From contig AP024664.1 of the NCBI GenBank assembly GCA_024346625.1, positions 3,286,001 to 3,350,000 of the forward strand: a DNA stretch of 64,000 nucleotides, written 5' to 3'. The notes beneath the pieces were generated by a model. It saw only the letters and a list, made by a program, of their open reading frames with translations. It made no database searches and was not told where the DNA came from. The translations under genes and the position numbers were made by a program. This document shows, piece after piece, positions 22,618 through 33,205 of the stretch. Within the stretch, counting starts at the first letter, position 1. Every line of letters begins with the position of its first letter. The stretch comes from Williopsis jadinii. Its lineage: Eukaryota.

Positions 22618-22936
22618 TGTCAAACTGGCCAGTTTCTTCCCAGCAATCGATTGAAACACAAAGAGGTTAAACTCGCTCGTAGGCTTCCAAACAAGCTCAC
22701 GTTGTAAACAAATCAAAACAACAGACCAAAAAAATGTCCGACGTTCCTTGTTCCCACTGCCTTGTGTATTTGGTGATCGGCCGAGGCTAACGAGGTTTTG
22801 TAAAACGATTTCGCGGATTCGGTTTTTTTTGTGCTTTCAGGGGGAAATTTGTTTGGAAATTTGTTATGAAATAGCCGCTGAAAGAAGAAGATCAACACAA
22901 AGAAACACGGGAAGCCTCAGAAAACACCAACCGAAG

Positions 22937-23280
22937 ATGTCTGGTAAGTGTTGATTCGCATGCTTTCACCCACTGCTGAAGTTTGAGTACTAACCGCCTC
23001 TGTAGCACATAAGGAGAACGAGCTCGTGTCATTCGATGATATCAACTATGACAACTACGAAGACCTGCGTAAAGCTCAAGAGTCCATGCTTAGAGAACAG
23101 TGGATCCGCATCAACGCGCTCAAAGTCACCCGTCACGCGCTGGAGAAGTGCTATAAGAACAAGGGCGTGAACCACTTTGAGGACTGTAGAGATCTGGCTG
23201 AGAAGTACATGCAAATGATGGACGCCCAGGGACGTATTGAAGGGTTCTACGGTTACCAGAAGAACGATCCAACCAAGTGA
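22937..23280 (+). CDS. Complex I accessory subunit NDUFB10/PDSW (NIDM-like); exons 22937-22943 and 23006-23280
   Basis: REQW...ALEKCY..GVNHFEDCRDLAEKY signature; spliced product begins MSAHKENELVSFDD. Confidence 0.85.
22944..23005 (+). other. Spliceosomal intron (62 nt)
   Basis: GTAAGT donor, TACTAAC at 22988-22994, TAG acceptor; frame restored. Confidence 0.92.
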
Positions 23281-23483
23281 GCAAAGTGAAGCAGATGTGC
23301 ACACAGGGCCATCGTTGCTGATATTGTCATTCTATTTATTCGTATTTATAAACTATTTATTCATATCTTGTTTCCTATTTATATATACAAACAGTGAAAA
23401 AAGCACTTTCGGTTTTAGCCCATCTTCTCCGCGTAAAGGTTGTTTGCTGTGATGACCTCTTGAGGGACAAATTTTACACGCCC

Positions 23484-24329
23484 ATGAACCAAAGTGTCAT
23501 TGGCTCGTTTGCTTCAAGACCGTTGGTGAGGAGTCGAATGATTGCAATCAGAGCACTGGTGACCGACTGGGACGAAACGATATCCAAGGATACGATGCAC
23601 TTGATTGGACAAGCAGCGTACTCACAAGACCGTCCATTCCCGTACCCTTGGTCCCATTTTGTCGATGTTTACCTTCAACAGTACCAAAACTTCATGAAGC
23701 ACTCCACGAAGCCAACTTCGGTGGAGGAAGAGTTCCAGTACCAACATCAGCTGAGATGTGTGGAGCTGAGCTCGCTGGCAGAAGCTGTGAAGCTGCAGCT
23801 TTTCAAAGACGTCCATAAGGAAAGGTTGGAGGAACAGGCTCAGCACGTGGAGACGTTCCCGGGTTCCATTGAGTTTCTAAAGAAACTGACTGAGCTGAAA
23901 ATACCAATTTATATACTCAGTGTGAACTGGTCCTCGCTGATTATGAAAAGAACGCTGGAATTGAACGGAATAGACCCCAAGAACTTACACTTCATAACAA
24001 ACGAATTCGAAGTGTTGAAAGATGGCCGGCTCTCCGGCAGAGTGATTTCGACAAGAGATATACGCACAGGGTCTGATAAACTACAACAGTTCAAGCTCAT
24101 CAAGCAAGATCTTCTTAAGCAGGGGATCCAGGATGGAGTGTATTACATTGGGGATAGCTCCTCCGATTTCCTAACGATAATTAACGCAGACTGTGGTGTA
24201 GCATTTGGTGATGGAAGTGCTCTCCGGAAACTTGAGCAGTATGGGATCCCATACGATGAGGGCATCGAAGGCACAAATAGGTGTAAACATGTACAATCCT
24301 GGAATGACTTGTCATCACTGTTAAAATAA
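23484..24329 (+). CDS. CTO1: HAD-superfamily phosphatase-like protein (YCR015C/Cto1 family)
   Basis: DWDETIS motif I, ILSVNWS, NEF, YIGDSSSD; in-frame ATGs at 23484 and 23538; YCR014-017 homologs nearby. Confidence 0.75.
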   Translation: MNQSVIGSFASRPLVRSRMIAIRALVTDWDETISKDTMHLIGQAAYSQDRPFPYPWSHFVDVYLQQYQNFMKHSTKPTSVEEEFQYQHQLRCVELSSLAEAVKLQLFKDVHKERLEEQAQHVETFPGSIEFLKKLTELKIPIYILSVNWSSLIMKRTLELNGIDPKNLHFITNEFEVLKDGRLSGRVISTRDIRTGSDKLQQFKLIKQDLLKQGIQDGVYYIGDSSSDFLTIINADCGVAFGDGSALRKLEQYGIPYDEGIEGTNRCKHVQSWNDLSSLLK

Positions 24330-24346
24330 AATACTAATGACCTAAT

Positions 24347-27286
24347 TCAGAGTTCAATGTACTTGTCAATCTTTACCAACCCTTCGTATAGATTAGAAAT
24401 CGACGTTGCCTCTGGTGAATATTGTAAAAGTTCATCATACGCAGGTATTATCCGCCTTGATACACCATCAACTATTGATACGTCGTCCCACTCTCCCCAA
24501 TGGCATGTGACGTGTACTCCTAATTTGTTCAAGGGAGAATCACTTGGTGGTTGATCCTCGCCATCCTCAAGCCATTTAGGAACCCACTGAAGACCCAGAT
24601 GGTAACCTGAGTTCCAATTTGTCTTGTGTAAGGCAATTTGATCAATACCAGAAAGCCATTTGAAGATTTTATTTCCGCTGGAGTCGGCTGTAAAACCATT
24701 GGATAAAGAGCTGGCACTATCAAGATTTGAAGAAAGTGACACATTATTCACTGAGTGGTATATGGTGACAACACGAACTGGTGACTTGCCATGGTGAGGG
24801 GAATAAGCACTGGTGTTGAAAGTGACCAGACAGTTTCTGTTCTCCTTGACGTTAATGCGAATCTCAGCCTTCATTGGAGAATAAGGTGATGCTTCGCTGT
24901 CTTTTGTCTTTAGAATATCAACAGTCAAATAGGACTCAATCGAGTTGTCCTTGAGTGTACCGTTAAAGAGATACGGTCTCTCAGCAGACTGATATGAGCA
25001 AATTTCATTACCGTCATCAGAAGGCGTACAAGTGACATTCTCGTGATGTTCCTTCACACTTGGAAGATCACTGATAATGTCATATAAGAAACCGGTACGG
25101 CCCAAGATCTCAACTTGAGGAGAAGCACTTCCGTCAAGATCAATTGTTTGTGCAAAACGTACCTTCATTGGTGCTTCAGAAGTAAACGGATCCTGCAGAA
25201 TCGATTCAGAACCTCCAATGATGATGGACAATATGAGAACAATGGCAAACAAAAAGTTCAGTTTATATGCAAAACTCAACAATGGAACTGTTAATGCAAT
25301 ACCAGAGGCAAGCAGGACCTCGTAAAAGACAATGCCAGAATGAAGACTCTCCTGTATAGTCTGACAAAGACCGATGAGTGATGCATCCACTGAAATGTAT
25401 GACAGCAACAAGGGAATAGGAACAAGAATCAAATACTGTAGACTCCAGTCATAAGTGAATGAGTTGTGCTCTGGATGTGCCTCCTCTTCCTCATCAACGT
25501 CATCTCTATCAATCAAAGGTGTATTTTCATCAAACTCATCTGTAGTTCTTGTGGAGAAATTTCCAGGCTGTAGATACTGGTAGTCGTCCAGAGGTTTCTT
25601 TCTTTGAGAGGCAACTGCAATTCCAAACAGCCCCAAGATTGTTGAAATGGAATATAGGGCATAAATGATAGTCACAAGATAGGCACCTGTTATTCCAACC
25701 TGTGTCTTCTCCCGGATGGTGAAATACAGAAGCAAGACCCAAAGAACGACAAACACTTCCAAAGTGATGATCAGTTTGAAATCATGAACTGGTGCCAAAG
25801 ATTGGGATATAGTTAAAAAGCCGTAGTTCACAAGAAAGAACGTTGCAGAAACTGCAATCAATGGTGAAATAAAATTCCTTGAAACGATATAACCGTTCAA
25901 GTAATAGATCGATTTGTTAACTGCATTTGCAAAAAACAACCCCAGTGCAAAGGAGATTGGTAATCTGAACCAGCTGTAACCAGTTGTCCATATCTGTCTC
26001 TTATGGATGATTATCCCAAAGAAGATCAAGGCAATTGGTACGATAGTCAGTAGGACAATATTAACAGTAATCAAAGCATTCAATGAGGTGACAAAGAACT
26101 GCAACCCAAGTAAGTCAAAGAACACAGCACCAGACTCATCATCACTGATATCCTTTGCATTTGCCAATGATTTAGTCAAATCCAAAGTATTACCAAGCAT
26201 GTGCCATAGTGCACCCTTTGAAGTGTGCTTAATTGAATCTGCCACTGTGTGGTACAAGTCTCTCGGTTTGTAAAATGCAATATCAAAACCACGGAGGCCG
26301 TTCTCATGGTAAATTCTGTAGTCAGTCTCGCTTCTAATCACACCAGTGGCAAAGGCTTGTTGGAATATAGAGGAGCCAAATGGAGATCTCACACTGGAAT
26401 AGAGCTGAGCGACACCATAATCAGTTGTTCTGAATAGAGCTGCACGTTCTCCTGTGCCTGTTCCTTCAAGATTAATAAAGTACTTGACAAGCTTTGACCA
26501 TTTGTGCTTGAAAAAGGACATAGCACCATACAATCCGAATTCCTCGTTATTGTTGAAGTTGAACACTATGGTACGCAGAGGCTGTTTGCCCGTGAGGGCA
26601 TAATGTTCCAACACTCCCAGGAGTGAAGCGACACCTGCACCGTCATCAGTAGTGCCGTACGAGGTTCCCACAGAGTCGTAATGGGCACTGAGAAGGATGC
26701 CGTCCAGCTTACTATCCTTTCCTTCAATCTTCACAAGAATGTTTGAGCTTTCAAAATAGTGCAAGGGATTGAAGTCGGCATCTCCATCTTTCCAGAGGTA
26801 GTGGATGTCAAAGTACGTCAGATTGGAAGCCTTGTCATCATCGACGGTGATGTTAAGGACAGAGCTCTTGGTCAGCTGTGTGACTCTCTCCATGAGGTAG
26901 TCGTGAACTTCGTCGTTCGCATGGGATACGTAAGGATGTGGTTTGTGTGATATCTTCTGCAAGTCAAACCATGCACTGGTCAATTCACTTGGTTCAGGTG
27001 AGGGAACAACAAGAGCATAATCTCTCGCCAATGGCAAGCTAATGAATACCAGGAACAGCGTCAGTCCAACAAAAATCGTCAACGAGGTCTTCCTGAATCC
27101 AAATAAAGCCCTGAATGACTTTACAAATATAGAAGTTGAGCCTGAAGATTGATGTGGCTGGCGCAGGGCCTCGCTATCATGCTCCTCATCCTGTTGATAG
27201 TGTTGTGGCTCCACAGGTTCGTCCAAATGAGTAGTGCCTTTATATATGCTACTGGATGAGCCCTGGGCAGGCTCTTCTCCAGACAT
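24347..27286 (-). CDS. PFF1: Vacuolar membrane M28 metalloprotease
   Basis: SAHYDS, GTTDDG, NNNEEFGL, NLEGTG, YHT followed by many TM helices. Confidence 0.9.
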   Translation of the reverse strand: MSGEEPAQGSSSSIYKGTTHLDEPVEPQHYQQDEEHDSEALRQPHQSSGSTSIFVKSFRALFGFRKTSLTIFVGLTLFLVFISLPLARDYALVVPSPEPSELTSAWFDLQKISHKPHPYVSHANDEVHDYLMERVTQLTKSSVLNITVDDDKASNLTYFDIHYLWKDGDADFNPLHYFESSNILVKIEGKDSKLDGILLSAHYDSVGTSYGTTDDGAGVASLLGVLEHYALTGKQPLRTIVFNFNNNEEFGLYGAMSFFKHKWSKLVKYFINLEGTGTGERAALFRTTDYGVAQLYSSVRSPFGSSIFQQAFATGVIRSETDYRIYHENGLRGFDIAFYKPRDLYHTVADSIKHTSKGALWHMLGNTLDLTKSLANAKDISDDESGAVFFDLLGLQFFVTSLNALITVNIVLLTIVPIALIFFGIIIHKRQIWTTGYSWFRLPISFALGLFFANAVNKSIYYLNGYIVSRNFISPLIAVSATFFLVNYGFLTISQSLAPVHDFKLIITLEVFVVLWVLLLYFTIREKTQVGITGAYLVTIIYALYSISTILGLFGIAVASQRKKPLDDYQYLQPGNFSTRTTDEFDENTPLIDRDDVDEEEEAHPEHNSFTYDWSLQYLILVPIPLLLSYISVDASLIGLCQTIQESLHSGIVFYEVLLASGIALTVPLLSFAYKLNFLFAIVLILSIIIGGSESILQDPFTSEAPMKVRFAQTIDLDGSASPQVEILGRTGFLYDIISDLPSVKEHHENVTCTPSDDGNEICSYQSAERPYLFNGTLKDNSIESYLTVDILKTKDSEASPYSPMKAEIRINVKENRNCLVTFNTSAYSPHHGKSPVRVVTIYHSVNNVSLSSNLDSASSLSNGFTADSSGNKIFKWLSGIDQIALHKTNWNSGYHLGLQWVPKWLEDGEDQPPSDSPLNKLGVHVTCHWGEWDDVSIVDGVSRRIIPAYDELLQYSPEATSISNLYEGLVKIDKYIEL

Positions 27287-27584
27287 TGCAGCTTAACTGA
27301 GGGTATAAACGGTCTTTCTGGCGGTGTTGCGGTGGTAATTGTAGCTAGGTAAGTTTGTTTTTTCAGTACGTGAGATTGCGCTTCTTTTTATAGTGCGAAT
27401 TACCAAACAGGGCAGCCAGCTTCCTGACAGGAGACCCATAACTTAGCAAGCCATTTTATAATAACTACAAATTATTGTGAGAATTAAAGATAAATTATCA
27501 AGTTTATATCTCTAATATACATATATATACCAAATAAGTGACAGTCCTTTATTGCTATGCTTCTAGCTCTCTTATCCGGCTCCT

Positions 27585-28349
27585 TTAAGCCATCAACAAA
27601 GCACCTGCACACACTACTGCAGGCAAGATGAAGCTGTTCTTCGATGCCGATACGCCAGCAGCTCCGTTGGTGCTATTGCTGAGCACTGTGTATACCGAGG
27701 AGCTTGTGTATGTTGTTGTGGACAGCTCTGTTGATGATCCTGACGTCTGTGTAAGCACTGATGTTATAAGGCTCTCGGAAGTGGTGAGCACCGTTTCACT
27801 GACATCTCTAGACAAGGATGTGGTGTAAGTTGAAGACCCAGAGACATAAGTGCTCACGCCAGCAAGCGTGGTAGTGCCTCCGCTCACACTGGAAGCTGTT
27901 GAAGGAGTCCACCACACTGTCTGGGATGGAGTCCACCAAACAGTCTGTGTTGGTGTCCACCAGACGGTGGTACTAGCAGTGTTCTGTGTGTTCTGAGCGA
28001 CTTGAGAAATTGTCTCTTGGGATGCAACAACAGCCGATGTTGGAGCAGATACCTCCTGTTGAGTCACAGAGAGTGCTTCTGGTGTAGACAGTGTTGGTGT
28101 CGATTGAGCAGCAGCAGAGACTGGACCTACTTGCTGTGAAGCAGCAACTCCGGTAGCTTCTGTTGTGGCTGCTGTACCAACAGTAGCCTTGGTAGTTGCA
28201 ACAATATCAGTACCACCGGTAGTGGCTTCAGTCTCACGAGTTGTTTGAGCAGCAGCGGTGGTTGTTTGAGCAGCACCTTCGTCCAATCCACCATTCTGTG
28301 CCAGAGCCAGAGAGAACAACGATGTGAGAGCAAGTTGTTTGTAAAGCAT
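27585..28349 (-). CDS. NCW2: GPI-anchored Ser/Thr-rich cell wall protein, YLR194C/Ncw2-like
   Basis: Signal peptide MLYKQLALTSLFSLALA, TVWWTP motifs (Ncw2 has TVWWLP, from recall), SNSTNGA omega region, hydrophobic tail; Rlm1 site upstream; HCR1 and UPS1 homologs in window. Confidence 0.75.
   Translation of the reverse strand: MLYKQLALTSLFSLALAQNGGLDEGAAQTTTAAAQTTRETEATTGGTDIVATTKATVGTAATTEATGVAASQQVGPVSAAAQSTPTLSTPEALSVTQQEVSAPTSAVVASQETISQVAQNTQNTASTTVWWTPTQTVWWTPSQTVWWTPSTASSVSGGTTTLAGVSTYVSGSSTYTTSLSRDVSETVLTTSESLITSVLTQTSGSSTELSTTTYTSSSVYTVLSNSTNGAAGVSASKNSFILPAVVCAGALLMA
27904..27968 (-). repeat. Coding 24-bp repeat x3 encoding TVWWTP(T/S)Q
   Basis: Protein reads TTVWWTPTQTVWWTPSQTVWWTPS. 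Confidence 0.9.
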
Positions 28350-28557
28350 TGTTAATTTTCTTTGTGTTTGATGTTTATTATGTATATGAAACAATCGAGT
28401 TGATTATGATTAAAAGACAAATCATATTTTTTCTGAAGAATCAAAGAGGAATTGAGAGCTCTTAAATATTTCTGCTCTCTCTAAATCTGTATACGATCCA
28501 TCACAGCCTGTTTCAATCATAGATCATCTCTTGACACATAGGCTATGCCGAAAACAG

Positions 28558-28615
28558 CTAAAAATAGCCTGGTTTTTTCTTACCCAAACCTCGAAGATGT
28601 TTCCTATTTGGGAAA
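28558..28615. promoter_or_regulatory. Rlm1 site CTAAAAATAG and Mcm1-type site TTTCCTATTTGGGAAA
   Basis: Exact CTA(W)4TAG at 28558-28567; CC-N6-GG with flanking TTT/AAA at 28600-28615; upstream of the NCW2-like gene. Confidence 0.65.
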
Positions 28616-29324
28616 TTTGTAAACAGAAGCTGGATAAGAATTTTAGCGTGTTGAATAGTTTTCTTGGTTTATTTCTGCAGTGTCAAACCTGATCGATGTA
28701 GAAACTAAATTTTAACAGTCTCGTATGTGTTCATCAATTCCTGAGTATTGCTCAGGGCAAATTGCCTACAACTATACTAATTGGAAGAGGTTGTGGTGTG
28801 TATGATTACGATGAAGATACAGCACAAGCTCATTCAACGAGTGTATATGGTACCCAATTTCTGGATAATGTCGATCACGCCAGGAGAAACTGGGTACCTC
28901 CAGAATTAGCACTCCATCCCGTTCCAGCTTACGCCACTGCAGGGCTTGATCGACACCGTCACTCTTGATCTCACCATCAGGGCTTAGAGGTACCTGCAGC
29001 TAATTAAATACCAGCCAGCTCTTGGATCCTCACAAAGCCCTTGTCTCGTATATGATGCTTTCTTGTAGAATTAACCGTCCTCCCAGACTAAGGATCTTGA
29101 TAATTCCAAAAATACACCTATTGTCATAAGCCCTTTCGTAGGCTTTGTTACACAGCTGTTGATTGTTTTCCTTTTTTGGTAAATTGAATTCAATGTGCCT
29201 TCTTATCCTTCCCTTGAGGTGAATATTCATTTTTAGTGTTCAATGCGTATAACTAACTACAAAAAAAGCCAAAGTAATAGTGTCTACTTCAAGTCAAGTG
29301 TATACTAAACCGCTAACCATGTTA

Positions 29325-30035
29325 TCAAAGGAATGCCAGTAATGAGGAGATCACGAACAGAACAACTGGAAGAATTGTATTCTGCTGTGAAACACTACCA
29401 GCACCGTTTGCAGTTGATGACGTTGAACTTTCAGACGCAGACGATGAGCTTGTTGCTGATGTGGAAGACAATGTTGACGACAAGAGGGCTGAAGACGTAT
29501 CAACAACGACCACTGTGTCTGAAGCGGACGCACTTACACTGATTTCTGCCCCAGTAGACGATGCTTGTGAATCAATGGAACTTTGTTCAGACTCCAGAGA
29601 TTGAATAGCTACCCTTGTGATACTTGAAATTGACTGTTCATACTCACTCTTTACACTTTCAATAGATTCAATAACCTGATGTGTTACGCTTTTTATCGAA
29701 TCCTGGAGAGAATCATTGTCGGTGTAACTCTCAACGGAGCTAATTGCACTCTCAATGACGGTCTTGACAGATTGCTCAAACTCACTCTTGGCACTTTCCC
29801 ATGACATGATATAACTTGAAGCTACACTATTGATTGATGTGACATCTAAAGTTGGAATGGTATATGATGGAATAGTGAACGATGGAATAGAAAACCCAAA
29901 GATATCATCTGCCTGGACTGCATCAAGAGTTGTTCCAATGACAAAAGGTTTGGCTGCCTCAGTTGTATCAATCTCTTGAGCTTGAGCAAGTGCAAACAAA
30001 AGGCTATATGAGAAGGCTATGGTTTTGTAAAGCAT
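29325..30035 (-). CDS. Putative GPI-anchored Ser-rich cell surface protein, possible diverged paralog of the neighbouring gene
   Basis: Signal peptide MLYKTIAFSYSLLFALAQA; C-terminal STANGAGSVS..ILPVVLFVISSLLAFL. Confidence 0.8.
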   Translation of the reverse strand: MLYKTIAFSYSLLFALAQAQEIDTTEAAKPFVIGTTLDAVQADDIFGFSIPSFTIPSYTIPTLDVTSINSVASSYIMSWESAKSEFEQSVKTVIESAISSVESYTDNDSLQDSIKSVTHQVIESIESVKSEYEQSISSITRVAIQSLESEQSSIDSQASSTGAEISVSASASDTVVVVDTSSALLSSTLSSTSATSSSSASESSTSSTANGAGSVSQQNTILPVVLFVISSLLAFL

Positions 30036-30486
30036 CGTATGACGTGAATGATTACTGAGGAATGAAAAGGTTGACAGTGAATATTGGAAAACAATATTAC
30101 TTTATATACTTTCCAACCTCGCTAGGTTAAACTACACAGCCTACAGGTCACAATTTGCTTCACTAGCGACTCTTGCTTTTTTTCGCTATAGTTTTGAGTG
30201 ACTTGCTGCATTTCATGTGATAAAGGCCGTATTATAAACTTGAGCTGTCTGGGCCATTCTTCTTCTCCTTAATGGAAATTCCCCCCTTTGATTGGTCCAA
30301 CTTCGAATTCTAAGAAGAAAAGACAATGCTCGCCCCCTATTGACCTGTACAGAACTTTACTTATGCAGATAACTCGTGATAATGTCGTAGTTTCTTTCTC
30401 CTCTCATCGACGTCATAGTGCTATCCTGCACTTTCCACAGGTGGACCCCACAGATATGCATACATATTATCAGCTTCCTTTAGAAA

Positions 30487-31965
30487 TCATCCATTCCAGG
30501 CAATATCAAAGACACCTGTGTTTCTCTGCTCTGGTTCATGCCATTTGACATTGAGCAAACTCATGATCTTTTTCTCGTCGAATGATTCAACAAGCTCATG
30601 TCTCTCCTTCGACCCATCTCTGACAATCTTGTAGAGCCCAGTGTCGTTTAACACCATACCGTGTTTCTGTGCTCTAGACCTTAACTTCTTATTGAACTCA
30701 TCATCACCGGTGAAGTAGATCATCGCAGCACCCAATTCCTTCCAGGGAACCAGTAAAAAATCCACTCGACGACACTTCCCCCATTCTTCTCCTTGACCGT
30801 CAACTTTCTTATTCCATAAAGGTGGTAGCGAGCATCCAGTTAAAAGCTTGTTCTTTACGTGGTGATGTAAGATGCACTGGAGATACCCTGCCTGTTTGAT
30901 CGTGTCTATTAGATTATCCATATCCGCCTGTAGAGCCTCCATAGTCGCATCTGGTTTGGTAACAATGAAGTCTATATCACCACATGTCTTTACACCACGT
31001 CGGTAGCTTCCCCCAATAGTTGCCTCTATGAGCGGATCCACACTATTCAACATGTATTGGACATATTCGGCATGAATAGTACATTCACTCCGTGGAATCC
31101 TCTCATTCCACTCATCATAGTACTGAAGCCCTAGTCTTTGCGCATCTGTGAGATCTGTTCTGTTCTTGATGTCGTCCAAACTCGTCATGCCTTCGTCAAT
31201 CCACTTCTTCGCAATCACAGTGCCAACACCATAAATACCCTTGAACAACTTCATCAGTTGCGTATGCCTGGAGCCCTTTGACACATCCAGCTGCCTAAGG
31301 TGATGAGTCCTTGATATCTCTTCAATCTTTTTCGCAATCGCAGGGCCCACTCCTTCCAGCTGGATGGCCTGGCTGTAAGACGTCACAGGCGTTGATACTC
31401 TCTGTAGCGTATCAATGGCATTCCTGTAGGCTTTCACTTTATACGCCTCACCGTTAATCCTGTGCTGTTCAGCCATCTCGTTGAGTATATCAATGGTTGT
31501 CTGATTCGGACTATCCAAGACCTTCTCACCGGGCTCCAGTGTGGTGTCCACTATCGGTCGAGACTCCGCCTTCCTGAGCGATGACACCTTCCTCTTCTTA
31601 GGCGATGGCCGCGCTAGGTCAATTGTATAGTTAGCCGTCGGTAGCAGTTCAGATTTCGACACGCACTGGACTAACCACTCTTGGCCTACCACTGGCACAT
31701 TGGTTTTCGCAATATCACGTAGCCCTAATTTCTTCAACGTCCTTATAAGCGCTTCTGTATTGGCTGTGGGCACAACTTTTGTGTCAACAAGCACATGAGT
31801 TGTTGATGTTTCACCAAATGCGCTACATATCTGTGCACCATGATCCACTGCCAACTTCTGCCGTATCTTTGACACACCTGCTTTGGAATTTGGAATGAAT
31901 AGGAACTTCAGCCCAAGAAATAGTGATGTCATTGGGTCAACGCTGTGTAGTATCTCTGTCTCCAT
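30487..31965 (-). CDS. POL4: Family X DNA polymerase with N-terminal BRCT
   Basis: THVLV...WLVQC BRCT; GIYGVG; GGSYRRG..CGDIDF; RRVDF; YFTG. Confidence 0.93.
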   Translation of the reverse strand: METEILHSVDPMTSLFLGLKFLFIPNSKAGVSKIRQKLAVDHGAQICSAFGETSTTHVLVDTKVVPTANTEALIRTLKKLGLRDIAKTNVPVVGQEWLVQCVSKSELLPTANYTIDLARPSPKKRKVSSLRKAESRPIVDTTLEPGEKVLDSPNQTTIDILNEMAEQHRINGEAYKVKAYRNAIDTLQRVSTPVTSYSQAIQLEGVGPAIAKKIEEISRTHHLRQLDVSKGSRHTQLMKLFKGIYGVGTVIAKKWIDEGMTSLDDIKNRTDLTDAQRLGLQYYDEWNERIPRSECTIHAEYVQYMLNSVDPLIEATIGGSYRRGVKTCGDIDFIVTKPDATMEALQADMDNLIDTIKQAGYLQCILHHHVKNKLLTGCSLPPLWNKKVDGQGEEWGKCRRVDFLLVPWKELGAAMIYFTGDDEFNKKLRSRAQKHGMVLNDTGLYKIVRDGSKERHELVESFDEKKIMSLLNVKWHEPEQRNTGVFDIAWNG

Positions 31966-32140
31966 AGAGGTGGGCTCCCTCCTGTCCTTCTAAAAGTGTG
32001 TGTTTTTGTAGGCGGGCTTTTGTTGTTGCTCTCCGCAGGGGCCCACGGCGGACGGTTTTTCCTGGGCTGAATTTCCAACGGTTCCTACTAAAGATTGTGA
32101 GCATACCGTGTAAACGACAAAAAGAACACGCTGGAACAGA

Positions 32141-33205
32141 ATGACGATCGAGATCGCTGATGCTCTTCAGTCCAATGCCAATGAGCTATTCGAAAAGTAT
32201 TCTCTACAGGACATCACAGAGCTTTCGAGCTCGTTGTCTGTGACAGCACAGAATAAACACACTGAGCTGCGTACACTTGTTGCTTCCCAATACAGAGACC
32301 TCTTGAGCACCGCGGATGAGATCATCGAGATGAACTCGATGTCAAAGACATGTGACCAGAGGCTCTATGACTTGTGCTTCCTGAACACTGCGAGACTAAG
32401 CCATAACATGAGTATTGAATCCAACGTTTCCAGGTTCTACTCCTCTACACCTATTAAGGCTGACGACAGATCCGCGAGGGTTGTTAAGAATGCGGATTTG
32501 TTTCTAGTGATGAGTGAATTGTTGAATCTGAACTCGTTGAATTCAGCTAGTGAGATTTGTGAGGTACTGAACAAACTACCAATTGAGGACAAATGGTTCC
32601 AGGATCGCGCTGGTTTGGTGGACAACAAACTGGCAGAGTTAGAGATGTGCTTAGAGGCAAAGATCAGGACAATGAAGTTGGATGAACTCGTCAAGATTGA
32701 TACTTTCGTTGTTACAACGTCATGGTTCAACAAGGCAAGACTGGAAAATGCCATCTATGAAACCATTCTGAAGAAAGTCACATTGGAGAATTTAACCAGT
32801 ATACTATGTCAATTTGACAAATTTAAACCAAGGCTCTTGGATAAGTTCAGTGGTGAAGCTAAATCAGAACTTGATGAATTTGGAAAGCTATTGGCCCAGG
32901 TGGATAAGGTCAATAATGAGCCAAAATTGGAGTTGTACAGCTTACACATTGAAGATCCTATGGAGTATCTGAGTAACATTCAGTACATTTCTAATGGGTT
33001 GGTGTACAAGACATACCAGCAGATCTCCACCACAATAGTACATTGTCTCCGCTCTCTACGGTTTCTCAACTTGATCGACACAACGCTCAGTGGTGATTAC
33101 CTCAGACAGTTGAAGTCCAAAGTTCAACTCTTTACAAAACACGCAGCTGACACGAATAACGTTGCACTTGTAAAGTACCTCAACGATCTAGAAACTTCAC
33201 TATAA
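32141..33205 (+). CDS. COG1: COG complex subunit Cog1 (Vps51-type N-terminal domain)
   Basis: LFEKYS...KHTELRTLVASQYRDLLSTADEIIEM; VRG4 homolog in window (YGL223C/YGL225W neighbours). Confidence 0.7.
   Translation: MTIEIADALQSNANELFEKYSLQDITELSSSLSVTAQNKHTELRTLVASQYRDLLSTADEIIEMNSMSKTCDQRLYDLCFLNTARLSHNMSIESNVSRFYSSTPIKADDRSARVVKNADLFLVMSELLNLNSLNSASEICEVLNKLPIEDKWFQDRAGLVDNKLAELEMCLEAKIRTMKLDELVKIDTFVVTTSWFNKARLENAIYETILKKVTLENLTSILCQFDKFKPRLLDKFSGEAKSELDEFGKLLAQVDKVNNEPKLELYSLHIEDPMEYLSNIQYISNGLVYKTYQQISTTIVHCLRSLRFLNLIDTTLSGDYLRQLKSKVQLFTKHAADTNNVALVKYLNDLETSL

Noticed and set aside
28772..29230. Short open frames between the two GPI genes (66 aa with ATG; 75 codons without a start)
   Set aside because: No recognisable homology; could be a decayed gene but unsupported without a search
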